From Thauera sp. (GTDB lineage Bacteria > Pseudomonadota > Gammaproteobacteria > Burkholderiales > Rhodocyclaceae): a stretch of 47,897 bases of DNA. Every line of letters begins with the position of its first letter. The stretch's first letter is position 1. Of this stretch, positions 9,633 through 19,735 are shown one piece after another. The stretch lies in assembly GCA_040275625.1 (NCBI GenBank), contig JBEOKH010000291.1:1-47897 (forward strand). Direction: 5' to 3'. Made by a program: the position numbers and the translations under genes. A model generated the notes under the pieces. That model did not search any database, had not been told where the DNA came from, and saw only the letters and a program-made list of their open reading frames with translations.

Positions 9633-9842
9633 ATGAAACTCTCCCGCCTCTACCGTCCCGACGACCGCCGCTTCTGGCTGATGATCGTGCTCAACATCCT
9701 CTCTGCGGTGCTCACCTGGGTTCTGCGCGCCTGGCCGCTGGTCTCGCTGGCGACTGCGGTGGTGGCGATCTTCGCGCTCGGTAACGCGATGCTCGGGCTG
9801 TTCATCGCCTATGATCTGATGCGGGAGGACGACAAAGGCTGA
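9633..9842 (+). CDS. Small hypothetical membrane protein (69 aa, 2 TM)
   Basis: MKLSRLYRPDDRRFWLMIVLN...; two hydrophobic helices; host-like codon usage by eye. Confidence 0.65.
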   Translation: MKLSRLYRPDDRRFWLMIVLNILSAVLTWVLRAWPLVSLATAVVAIFALGNAMLGLFIAYDLMREDDKG

Positions 9843-9980
9843 GGTTCGCGCGCCTGCTTCGGCGTGGCGGCAGATCGGCGTGCGGCCGACACGAAGGCCC
9901 ACGGCTCACGGCTTGCGCCGCGCCGGACGCCCACGGATGCGCGGCCGGTGCGTGTGTACGCGACGGGCGCTGCAGCCTGG

Positions 9981-10583
9981 TCAAGCCGTGCCCTGATCGT
10001 CCTCGCCGATCAGCACCAGGCCATCGGACATCCACCTGTGCGGCGGGATCTCGAGGTTGGTCGGGGCCGGCTGGCTCACATACACGCGCCCGGCGAGGTC
10101 GAAGATCGAGCCGTGGCAGGGACACAGGAAGCCGCCCGGCCAGTCTGCGGTCATGCCTTCGGTGGCACCGATGGCGAATTTCTCCGACGGCGAGCAGCCG
10201 AGGTGCGTGCAGATACCAATCACGATCAGATACTCGGGCTTGATCGAGCGGTGGCGGTTGATCGCGTACTCAGGCTGTTGCGGCACGCCCGAGCCGGGGT
10301 CGGCCAGACGCGCCTCGTTGGCCTCGAGCGTGATCAGCATCTCGGGCGTTCGGCGCAGGATCCATACCGGCTTGCCGCGCCATTCGACGGTCATCATGTC
10401 GCCCGCCTCCAGCCTGGTGACGTCGGCCTCGACCGGCGCACCGGCGGCGCGGGCACGGGCGGATGGGGTGAGGCTGGCGACGAACGGGATCGCGGTGGCG
10501 CCCGCGGCGACCGCGCCAGCGGCGCTGGTCGCGATCAACAACTTGCGGCGCTGGGTCGCGAGTTCGGATGGCGTAGCGGACAT
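9981..10583 (-). CDS. petA: Ubiquinol-cytochrome c reductase Rieske iron-sulfur subunit (stand-alone copy)
   Basis: Tat RRKLL anchor, WRGKPVW, Rieske boxes CTHLGC and CPCHGS, PAPTNL; GGAG RBS. Confidence 0.92.
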   Translation of the reverse strand: MSATPSELATQRRKLLIATSAAGAVAAGATAIPFVASLTPSARARAAGAPVEADVTRLEAGDMMTVEWRGKPVWILRRTPEMLITLEANEARLADPGSGVPQQPEYAINRHRSIKPEYLIVIGICTHLGCSPSEKFAIGATEGMTADWPGGFLCPCHGSIFDLAGRVYVSQPAPTNLEIPPHRWMSDGLVLIGEDDQGTA

Positions 10584-10752
10584 GGCAGGCGGCTCCGGGA
10601 TAGACGTTCAACGCTCCGATGCGAAAGCGCAGCGGAAAAAAGGCGAAGCGGCCGGGCGCACATCGGTCGAACAGCGCTGTCTGGGGCAAGACCGTCGAGG
10701 GGGACGATCACGCAGCGACTTCGACTCGGCCTGCTTCGCACGGCTTAGGATG

Positions 10753-10769
10753 AGCAATCCGCGTGCCAA
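10753..10769 (-). promoter_or_regulatory. Sigma-54 (-24/-12) promoter for the Rieske gene
   Basis: TTGGCACGCGGATTGCT on minus; exact GG-N10-GC spacing and consensus TGGCAC-N5-TTGC. Confidence 0.8.
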
Positions 10770-10853
10770 GTATCCATGCGCCCAGCTACGGCCGCTTCCA
10801 GGCGGTCGATCGCGCGCATTTTACTGCCGCGCGCCGCCACTCACTTCAGCAGA

Positions 10854-10869
10854 CTGCCATTCGTGACAG
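10854..10869. promoter_or_regulatory. Candidate upstream activator sequence (CTGTCA-N4-TGACAG type)
   Basis: CTGCCA-TTCG-TGACAG about 90-100 bp upstream of the -24 element; a similar motif lies at 12262-12277. Confidence 0.5.
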
Positions 10870-12258
<1,389 letters not shown>

Positions 12259-12261
12259 GTT

Positions 12262-12308
12262 CTGTCAGAAGTGACCGTTTATCTGTCACGAGTCTGCCTT
12301 GCTGACAG
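12262..12308. promoter_or_regulatory. Candidate upstream activator sequences for the cyd promoter
   Basis: CTGTCA-GAAG-TGACCG (12262-12277), plus half-sites CTGTCA (12283-12288) and TGACAG (12303-12308). Confidence 0.5.
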
Positions 12309-12351
12309 CACGAGCGTCAATCGGCATCCACGCTGAATGCAGCCAACACCC

Positions 12352-12365
12352 TTGCTTTACATCAA
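12352..12365. promoter_or_regulatory. FNR-family box
   Basis: TTGCT-TTAC-ATCAA, 9/10 match to TTGAT-N4-ATCAA. Confidence 0.6.
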
Positions 12366-12386
12366 ATCCAGACCATGACGAAGGGC

Positions 12387-12402
12387 TGGCACGGGTCTTG
12401 AT
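12387..12402 (+). promoter_or_regulatory. Sigma-54 (-24/-12) promoter of the cyd operon
   Basis: TGGCACGGGTCTTGAT: perfect -24 element, correct spacing, GA instead of GC at -12; 30 bp before cydP. Confidence 0.65.
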
Positions 12403-12431
12403 ACAGGGGACAGGGACAACCGGAGTCCGCC

Positions 12432-12629
12432 ATGAACCCGACCGACCGCCGCCTCGTACGCGAAATCACCCTCGTCATCGTGCTCAAGCTGATCCTCATC
12501 ACCGCGCTGTGGTGGGCCTTCATCGGCGATGCGATGGTCGCGGTCGACCCCGGCGCCATGGCCGCCCGGATTGTCGCCCCTGCAAGTGCACAACAACACA
12601 CGACATCTGGAGAAACCCATGGTCAGTGA
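12432..12629 (+). CDS. cydP: Putative cytochrome bd small subunit CydP
   Basis: GGAG RBS; [23 protein letters not shown] single TM; overlaps the cydA start. Confidence 0.75.
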   Translation: MNPTDRRLVREITLVIVLKLILITALWWAFIGDAMVAVDPGAMAARIVAPASAQQHTTSGETHGQ

Positions 12630-14181
12630 GCAACTCGTCGACCTGTCGCGGCTGCAGTTCGCCGCGACGGCGATGTACCACTTCCTGTTCGTACCGCTCA
12701 CCATCGGCATGGTGTGGATGCTGGTCATCATGGAAAGCGTTTACGTGATGACGGGCAAGACGATCTACAAGGACATGACCCGCTTCTGGGGCAAGCTCTT
12801 CGGCATCAACTTCGCGCTCGGCGTCACCACCGGCATCACGCTCGAGTTCCAGTTCGGCACCAACTGGGCCTACTACTCGCACTACGTGGGCGACATCTTC
12901 GGCGCGCCGCTGGCGATCGAGGGCCTGATGGCCTTCTTCCTCGAGTCAACCTTCATCGGCCTGTTCTTCTTCGGCTGGGACCGCCTGTCGCGCCAGCAGC
13001 ACCTGATGGTGACGATCCTGATGGCGGTGGGCACCAACCTGTCGGCGCTATGGATCCTGATCGCCAACGGCTGGATGCAGAACCCGGTGGGCTCGGAGTT
13101 CAGCTACGAGACGATGCGCATGGAGCTCACCGACTTCTGGGCGGTGGTGTTCAACCCGGTGGCGCAGGGCAAGTTCGTGCATACGGTGTCGGCGGGCTAC
13201 GTGACCGGCGCGATGTTCGTGCTGTCGATCTCGGCCTGGTACCTGCTGCGCGGGCGTGATGTGGAGTTCGCCAAGCGCAGCTTCCGCATTGCGGCGGCCT
13301 TCGGCTTCGCCTCGATCTGCTCGGTGATCGTGCTCGGCGACGAGTCCGGCTATGCGCTCGGCGAGGCCCAGCAGACCAAGCTCGCGGCGATGGAGGCGAT
13401 GTGGGAGACCGAACCGGCCCCGGCCAGCTTCAACGTCATCGCGCTGCCCAACGAAGCCGGGATGAAGAACGACTTCGCCATCCACATTCCCTGGGTGATG
13501 GGCCTCATCGGCACGCGCTCGCTCGACAAGGAGCTGCCCGGCCTCAACCAGATCTACGCCGTGAACCGCGAGCGCGTGAAGGTGGGCGTGGAGGCGGTGA
13601 AGCTGCTCGAGGCGCTGCGCAGGAATCCGCAGGACGCGGCGCTGCGCGAGGCCTTCGATAGGGTCAAGGACAACCTCGGCTTCGGCCTGCTGCTGAAGAA
13701 ATACGTCGCCTCGATGGACGAGGTCACCCCCGAGCTGATCGACCGCGCCGCGCGCGACACGCTGCCCAAGGTCACGCCGCTGTTCTGGACCTTCCGCATC
13801 ATGGTGGCGCTCGGCTTTGCGATGCTGGCGCTGTTCGGCGCGGCGCTGTGGTACTCGGTGAAGGGCGACTTCGCCAACCGGCCATGGCTGCTCAAGTGGT
13901 CGCTGTGGTTCCTGCCGCTGCCGTGGATCTCCTGCGAGATGGGCTGGTTCGTGGCCGAGTACGGCCGCCAGCCGTGGACCATCTACGGCGTGCTGCCTAC
14001 CCACCTGTCGGTGTCGACGCTGACGGTCGATAGCCTGTACGGCTCGCTCGCCGGCTTCGTCGGCTTCTACACCCTGCTGCTGATCGTCGAGATGTATCTG
14101 ATGGTGAAGTTCGCCCGCCAGGGCCCGGGCAGCCTGGGCACCGGCCGCTACCTGAACGAAACCCACCACGCCCACGCCTGA
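12619..14181 (+). CDS. cydA: Cytochrome bd ubiquinol oxidase subunit I (long Q-loop)
   Basis: [36 protein letters not shown] and EYGRQPW motifs; GGAG RBS. Confidence 0.97.
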   Translation: MVSEQLVDLSRLQFAATAMYHFLFVPLTIGMVWMLVIMESVYVMTGKTIYKDMTRFWGKLFGINFALGVTTGITLEFQFGTNWAYYSHYVGDIFGAPLAIEGLMAFFLESTFIGLFFFGWDRLSRQQHLMVTILMAVGTNLSALWILIANGWMQNPVGSEFSYETMRMELTDFWAVVFNPVAQGKFVHTVSAGYVTGAMFVLSISAWYLLRGRDVEFAKRSFRIAAAFGFASICSVIVLGDESGYALGEAQQTKLAAMEAMWETEPAPASFNVIALPNEAGMKNDFAIHIPWVMGLIGTRSLDKELPGLNQIYAVNRERVKVGVEAVKLLEALRRNPQDAALREAFDRVKDNLGFGLLLKKYVASMDEVTPELIDRAARDTLPKVTPLFWTFRIMVALGFAMLALFGAALWYSVKGDFANRPWLLKWSLWFLPLPWISCEMGWFVAEYGRQPWTIYGVLPTHLSVSTLTVDSLYGSLAGFVGFYTLLLIVEMYLMVKFARQGPGSLGTGRYLNETHHAHA

Positions 14182-14195
14182 CTCCGGAGAACATC

Positions 14196-15338
14196 ATGAT
14201 CTTCGACTACCCGACCTTCAAAATCATCTGGTGGCTACTGGTGGGCGTGCTGCTCGTCGGCTTCGCCATCATGGACGGCCACGACATGGGCGTGGGCACG
14301 CTGCTGCCCTTCGTCGGCAAGAACGACGAGGAGCGCCGCGTCGTCATCAACACCGTCGGTCCGCACTGGGACGGCAACCAGGTGTGGTTCATCACCGGCG
14401 GCGGCGCCATCTTCGCCGCCTGGCCGATCGTCTATGCGACCGCCTTCTCGGGTTTCTACTGGGCGATGCTGGCGGTGCTGTGGGCGCTGTTCTTTCGTCC
14501 AGTGGGCTTCGACTACCGCAGCAAGATCCACAACGCCGCCTGGCGCAGCACCTGGGATTGGGGGCTGTTCATCGGCGGCGCGGTGCCACCGCTGATCTTC
14601 GGCGTGGCCTTCGGCAACCTGTTGCAGGGCGTGCCCTTCCACTACGACGACAGCCTGGTGCCCTACTACACCGGCACGTTCTGGGGCCTGCTCAACCCCT
14701 TCGCGCTGCTGGCCGGCGTGGTGAGTACGGCGATGATCACCTTCCACGGCGCGATCTACCTCGCCCACCGTACCGAGGGCGACATCCAGCGTCGCGCCAC
14801 CACGGCCGCGCTGATCTTCGGCGTACTGATGCTGGTCGGCTTTTCCGCCGCCGGGCTGTGGATCGCCAACGGCAGCTTCGGCTACGCGATCACCTCGGCG
14901 ATCGACACTGCGGCGCTGCCCAACCCGCTCGCCAAGACGGCCGAACTGCTGCCGGGTGCCTGGCTGGCCAACTACGCCAGCGCACCGCTCACCATGCTGG
15001 TGCCGGCGCTGGCCTACGCTGGAGGCATCGCCGCGCTGCTGCTGGTGTGGAAGGGCCGCACGCTCACTGCCTTCGTCGCCTCATCGTTCGCCATTGTCGG
15101 TGTGATCGGCACCGCCGGCGTGTCGATGTTCCCCTTCGTGATGCCCTCCTCCACCGTGCCGGGCGCCAGCCTGACGGTGTGGGACGCGGTCTCCAGCCAC
15201 CGTACGCTGGGCATCATGTTCTGGGCCACGATCCTCTTCATGCCGATCATCGTCGCCTACACGAGCTGGGCATACAGCGTGATGGCGGGCAAGGTGACCG
15301 CGGCCTACATCCGCGAAAACGAACATTCCGCGTACTGA
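14196..15338 (+). CDS. cydB: Cytochrome bd ubiquinol oxidase subunit II
   Basis: DGHDMGVG, PHWDGNQVW, GFDYRSK and SLTVWDAVSS motifs. Confidence 0.97.
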   Translation: MIFDYPTFKIIWWLLVGVLLVGFAIMDGHDMGVGTLLPFVGKNDEERRVVINTVGPHWDGNQVWFITGGGAIFAAWPIVYATAFSGFYWAMLAVLWALFFRPVGFDYRSKIHNAAWRSTWDWGLFIGGAVPPLIFGVAFGNLLQGVPFHYDDSLVPYYTGTFWGLLNPFALLAGVVSTAMITFHGAIYLAHRTEGDIQRRATTAALIFGVLMLVGFSAAGLWIANGSFGYAITSAIDTAALPNPLAKTAELLPGAWLANYASAPLTMLVPALAYAGGIAALLLVWKGRTLTAFVASSFAIVGVIGTAGVSMFPFVMPSSTVPGASLTVWDAVSSHRTLGIMFWATILFMPIIVAYTSWAYSVMAGKVTAAYIRENEHSAY

Positions 15339-15365
15339 GCGCACACACGAAACAAGGAGAACATC

Positions 15366-15494
15366 ATGTGGTACTTCGCCTGGGTACTGGGCATCGGTTT
15401 CGCGGTGCTGCTCGCCATCCTCAACGCGCTGTGGGGCGAGAACGAGGTGGCGCGCTCGCAGGCGCGCCGCCGCAACCTGCCGCCGGCCGGCTGA
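15366..15494 (+). CDS. cydX: Cytochrome bd small subunit CydX (42 aa; absent from the ORF track)
   Basis: AAGGAG RBS; MWYFAWVLGIGFAVLLAILNALWGE. Confidence 0.93.
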   Translation: MWYFAWVLGIGFAVLLAILNALWGENEVARSQARRRNLPPAG

Positions 15495-15504
15495 GGCGCA
15501 CACG

Positions 15505-15891
15505 GTGAAGCCGCCCACCTCCATCCTCGGGCCTGCGGAACGCGCGGGCGCCGAGCTGGCCGTCGCCGACCCGATCGTTGTGGATCGCTCGGCTGCAGCC
15601 CCTGCGGCGGTCGCCACGGACGGCGAGGCGCAGCGCACCCGCGTGTTGCCGCTGCTGCTCGCCATCGCGGTGATGCTCGGCACCACCGCCTGGCCGGGCG
15701 CGCTCGCCGGACCTTCGGGCGCGGCCGATCATCCCGCGGCGATGGCGCTGTTCTGGGCGATGAGCGCCGGCTTCGTCGCCGGCGTCGGCTTCAGGCCGCG
15801 CAAGCTGCTGATCCGCCTCCTGTTCTCTCCGCTCGCGTGCTGGCTCGGCGTGATCCTGGCCGGCCTCCGGATGGGGAGTCTGATGGCATGA
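15505..15891 (+). CDS. ybgE: cyd operon YbgE family membrane protein
   Basis: WAMSAGFVAGVGFRPR..RLLFSP motif; position after cydX. Start uncertain. Confidence 0.75.
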   Translation: MKPPTSILGPAERAGAELAVADPIVVDRSAAAPAAVATDGEAQRTRVLPLLLAIAVMLGTTAWPGALAGPSGAADHPAAMALFWAMSAGFVAGVGFRPRKLLIRLLFSPLACWLGVILAGLRMGSLMA

Positions 15892-16027
15892 GGCGGAGGC
15901 GGACCTCGCATTTCCGGCGATTTTCCTTAACATATATTAAGTATTTGCTTATACAGTGGTCGCTGCACACACGACAGGCCGCACCCGCCCGGCGAGCAGC
16001 GGCCGACCCAAACTGAAGGAGGAGACC

Positions 16028-17380
16028 ATGAAGGATCTGCTGAAACGATCCCCGGACCGCCCGGCGATCGACCCGGAACGGCGACGCCTGCTGCTCGGCG
16101 CCTCGGCCCTGCCCGTGGCTGCAGGCCTGGGACTCGGGCTGCACCCGCATGAAGCCCAGGCCGCGCTGAAAACATCGGCGCGCATCGTGATCGCCGGCAG
16201 CGGCCTGGCCGGCCTGGCCGCTGCCAACCGCCTCGCGCGCGAGCTCGACGGCGCGAAGATCACCATCGTCGACCGCAAGGAGATCCACAACTACCAGCCC
16301 GGCTACACCCTGGTCGCCACCGGGGTGTGGCCGGTGGGCAAGGTCAGCGACCGCAACGTCGACCTGATCCCGCCCGGCGTGGAGTGGGTGCGCGAGATGG
16401 TCGCCGAGTTCGACCCCGAGAAGAACGCGGTGGTCACCGACGGCGGCCGACCCATCCAGTACGACTTCCTGATCGTCGCCACCGGCCTGCACATGGACTT
16501 CGCCCTGATCGAAGGCATGGATGTCGCCGCGATCGGCCGCAACGGGCTCGCCAGCGTCTATCCGAGCCCGCAGGCGGCGCAGGCCACCTGGCAGGCGATG
16601 GACGCGTTCCGGCAGAAGGGCGGCAAGGCGCTGATGACCCTGCCCACCACGCCGCTCAAGTGCGCCGGCGCACCGCTCAAGATGACCTTCATGGTGGTCG
16701 ATCGGCTCGTGCAGGCCGGCACCCGCGAGAAGTCGCAGGTGAGCTTCCACTCCGCGCTCGACAACGTCTTCAGCGTGCCACGGGTCAACCAGGAAGTGCT
16801 CGAGCGCTGGAAGAAGCTCGATGTGCCGGTGCATTTCCTCAGCAAGCTGGTCGCGGTCGACATCGGCGCCCGCCGCGCCACCTTCGCCAGCCCAGAGGGC
16901 GAGCGCACCGGGCATGACTACGACTTTATCCACGTCGTGCCGCCGATGCGCGCGCCCGACTCGGTCAAGAACAGCCCGCTGTCCTGGAAGGCAGGCCCGT
17001 TCGCCGCGGGCGGCTGGCTGGAGGTGGACAAGGAGACCCTGCGCCATCGGCGCTTTCCCAATGTGTTCGGCATCGGCGACATCAACGGCACGGCGAAGGG
17101 CAAGACCGCCGCGACGGTCAAGAAGAGCACCCCGCTCGTGGTGCAGAACCTCATCGACGTAATCGCCGGCCGCGAGCCCACGCAGCGCTTCGACGGCTAC
17201 ACCTCGTGCCCGCTGCTGGTGCGCGAGGGCGCCGCGCTGCTGATCGAGTTCGACTACGAGAACCGGCTGATCCCCTCGCTGCCGGCGATCGATCCGCTGC
17301 AGGACAGCTACTTCGCGTGGGTGATGAAGATCCGCTTGCTCAAGCCCGCCTACATGGCGGTCGCCAAGGGCCGGATATAA
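16028..17380 (+). CDS. sqr: Sulfide:quinone oxidoreductase (type II-like) with Tat signal peptide
   Basis: AAGGAGG RBS; ERRRLL..AQA Tat signal; GSGLAG FAD motif; YQPGYTLV; catalytic-type cysteines in KCAGAP and DGYTSCP. Confidence 0.85.
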   Translation: MKDLLKRSPDRPAIDPERRRLLLGASALPVAAGLGLGLHPHEAQAALKTSARIVIAGSGLAGLAAANRLARELDGAKITIVDRKEIHNYQPGYTLVATGVWPVGKVSDRNVDLIPPGVEWVREMVAEFDPEKNAVVTDGGRPIQYDFLIVATGLHMDFALIEGMDVAAIGRNGLASVYPSPQAAQATWQAMDAFRQKGGKALMTLPTTPLKCAGAPLKMTFMVVDRLVQAGTREKSQVSFHSALDNVFSVPRVNQEVLERWKKLDVPVHFLSKLVAVDIGARRATFASPEGERTGHDYDFIHVVPPMRAPDSVKNSPLSWKAGPFAAGGWLEVDKETLRHRRFPNVFGIGDINGTAKGKTAATVKKSTPLVVQNLIDVIAGREPTQRFDGYTSCPLLVREGAALLIEFDYENRLIPSLPAIDPLQDSYFAWVMKIRLLKPAYMAVAKGRI

Positions 17381-17392
17381 GGGAGACGGGAC

Positions 17393-17728
17393 ATGTACGA
17401 GATCTGGCTGACGCTGAACATTCTTTTCGAACTGAGCCTGCAGTACCTGCCGGCAGTGATCGGCAGCCTCACGCTGTGGCTGGTGCTGATGACGATAGCC
17501 GCCGCCCGCGGCGGGGCCGCCTGGCGCAAGGCGCTCGGGCCGGCGATCGCGATCGGCATCGTAGTCACCGCGATCACCTTCTTCGTCACCCCGGGGATGA
17601 CGCAGTCCTCGTTCGCCAACATGGGCTACTGGGTCGACTGGGGCAACCTCTTCCTTTATGCCGCAGCGTTCGGCGCAGTGGGCGCTGCGCTCGCATGGCC
17701 GATCGTTGCCATGAGACGGCGAACCTGA
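17393..17728 (+). CDS. Small membrane protein downstream of sqr (possibly DUF5368-like)
   Basis: GGAG RBS; starts 12 bp after the sqr stop; 3-4 hydrophobic helices. Family assignment is from recollection only. Confidence 0.7.
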   Translation: MYEIWLTLNILFELSLQYLPAVIGSLTLWLVLMTIAAARGGAAWRKALGPAIAIGIVVTAITFFVTPGMTQSSFANMGYWVDWGNLFLYAAAFGAVGAALAWPIVAMRRRT

Positions 17729-17906
17729 GCCACCCATCTTGATCGCAGCCCACAGAACACAAGACAAGGCTTTCGCCTCTGCCAAAACCGCGCCTTCATC
17801 TCAAGGCCCTGCGCCGCAGGGCCGCTTCCCCTGATGTCCGCGGGGCGGCGCTCGCCGACGCCGCCACGCTCGGCAGCGCGAGCCGTGGCGCGCGCCGGCG
17901 GCTCGC

Positions 17907-18596
17907 TCAGGCGATGGTGAAGCCCGGGTGGGTCGCGAAGGCGTTGTCGATGACGAAATTCGCGCGCTGGCGGGCGGACTGCCTCAGCGCCGACGTCGTC
18001 CGCCGGCCATCCGCATAGAACCACCAGAGATAGAGCGCGCCATACATCCACGCGCCGTTGTAACCCCAGCTCGAGTCCGCCCCCGACCTGCCCGAGCCAT
18101 AGGCGGACCAGGAAGGAAAGCGGGCATTGTGGGACTTGCCGCCCATGTGGCGCGCTTCGTGGACCAGCGTTTCGGCCCGCGCGGGAACGTTCGAGCTGTA
18201 GAAGAAGCCCAGATAGAGCTCGACCCGCCGGCCGATTCCGAGGAAGCCCGAGAACGCGGTGGCGATCGCACTCCCGTCGCCGCACTTGGCGCGCAGGTCG
18301 TCGATCTGGTTGCGCACATAACGCCGCCCCCAATGGAGGATGTTGTTGCTCCACTGCTCGTTCCAGTAGTCATCGGCAGAGTAGTTGAGCAGCCAGATGC
18401 CGCTCAGGGTGCGGCTCAAGGGCAGGCTGTTGTTGCACGGCGCGTCGTACCCGAAGCCATCGTCCCAGTATTTCTTGCTGAAACCATGTGCACTCCAGGC
18501 CCAGTCGATGAACGCCTGGTTGCAGATGCGCGGGCCGTAGAGGTTGTCACCGCTCACATCCTTGTTCGGGATGGTGGGAATCGAACAGGTGGCCAT
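17907..18596 (-). CDS. Hypothetical zinc metalloprotease (HExxHxxGxxH, metzincin-like)
   Basis: AGGAG RBS; RAETLVHEARHMGGKSH; Trp/Tyr/Gly-rich; no signal peptide. Confidence 0.75.
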   Translation of the reverse strand: MATCSIPTIPNKDVSGDNLYGPRICNQAFIDWAWSAHGFSKKYWDDGFGYDAPCNNSLPLSRTLSGIWLLNYSADDYWNEQWSNNILHWGRRYVRNQIDDLRAKCGDGSAIATAFSGFLGIGRRVELYLGFFYSSNVPARAETLVHEARHMGGKSHNARFPSWSAYGSGRSGADSSWGYNGAWMYGALYLWWFYADGRRTTSALRQSARQRANFVIDNAFATHPGFTIA

Positions 18597-18598
18597 GA

Positions 18599-19387
18599 TC
18601 AGTTCTCCTTGCCGCTACCGGCGGCGGGGCTGTCGTCGCCGGTGGCGCGTGCATCGATGCAGCCGGTGCGCCCCGGCAGATCGGGCGTCGTCGCCTTCTG
18701 CGCGATGCGCCCTGATTCGCTGAGATCGGCCTCGGGGTCGTCAATCTGCGTGGCACGACGAACATCCAGCGGGCGGATGTCGAGCAGGAAGCGTTCCTCG
18801 GGGCACAGCATCGCTTCGATTTTTCCGCGCAGGCTTTCGCCCTGGCGAACGTTCAACAGACCTTGCACCGCCGCACGCTTGATCGAGATCGAAGGCATCC
18901 GCAGGAACCCGAACAGTGCCTCGATCGCCTCCGCATGACCTTGCCCGGCAAGCTGCACCACGCCGTCGACCGCGGTGGTGCGGACGATGGTTTCTTCGGC
19001 CACGGTCGAGAAACCGTGTGGATCGGCGCTCTCTTCGGGGGGAATCGGCGTCATCACCACGCTGCGCAGGTATGGCAGGGCAGCCGGATGGTGGAGCTCG
19101 GAAGCGGCATAGACCAGCCCCCAGCGTCCGGAATAGTCGCGCACACGACAGCCGCATTCCATGCGCGCAATCTCGGCCGCAGCGTCGGCTGCAAACTCGC
19201 GCATGGCGCCCACCGCTTCCTTGTAGCGCTCCTCCGCATCATCGCCACTGGCGTTGATCACCGACAGGTAGTTCAGCACCCGCTGCCCGATCGGACTCAA
19301 CACGACGCGTATCGTCTCGCGTCCGGGCTGCAGGCTGTCGGCGGCGTCGACTTCGGGGCCGGTGCCCCGTGACAGGGTTTGGTCCAT
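18599..19387 (-). CDS. Hypothetical protein with HEAT/ARM-like helical repeats
   Basis: GGAGGAG RBS; segments HPAALPYLRSVV, VRTTAVDGV, AIEALFGFL and IKRAAVQGL; ends 2 bp before the protease start. Confidence 0.7.
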   Translation of the reverse strand: MDQTLSRGTGPEVDAADSLQPGRETIRVVLSPIGQRVLNYLSVINASGDDAEERYKEAVGAMREFAADAAAEIARMECGCRVRDYSGRWGLVYAASELHHPAALPYLRSVVMTPIPPEESADPHGFSTVAEETIVRTTAVDGVVQLAGQGHAEAIEALFGFLRMPSISIKRAAVQGLLNVRQGESLRGKIEAMLCPEERFLLDIRPLDVRRATQIDDPEADLSESGRIAQKATTPDLPGRTGCIDARATGDDSPAAGSGKEN

Positions 19388-19735
19388 CGCAAACTCCTCC
19401 AGTCAGGGGCACTTCGGCGACATCGTCGGCCAGGCCAACGCGGTCGAGAGGCTTGTCGCCACTCCGCCCCGATGGGGTGTTCACGCCACGCAGAACATCG
19501 CGTCAAGGTTGACCTGCCCCAGGCGGGCGGCACGCAGTCGCGGTGGAACGTTTCCACTATAGCAATGCGTCTGTCACCTACAAGGACCGTGTTCCGCAAG
19601 CGCCGCAATCCAGAGCGCGGCGATCGGCGCCCCGCCTACGGTAGACTTGCGCGTTCGCCGCGCGCTTCGACCGCCCGCAAACGCCCCGCGGACAACACCC
19701 TGTCGCGCCTGGCCACGACCTAACCGGAGACCCCC

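Noticed and set aside
17729-17906. Palindromes between the convergent sqr-partner and protease genes, considered as a possible sRNA or MITE
   Set aside because: Single copy, no target-site duplication; more simply explained as transcript-end hairpins.
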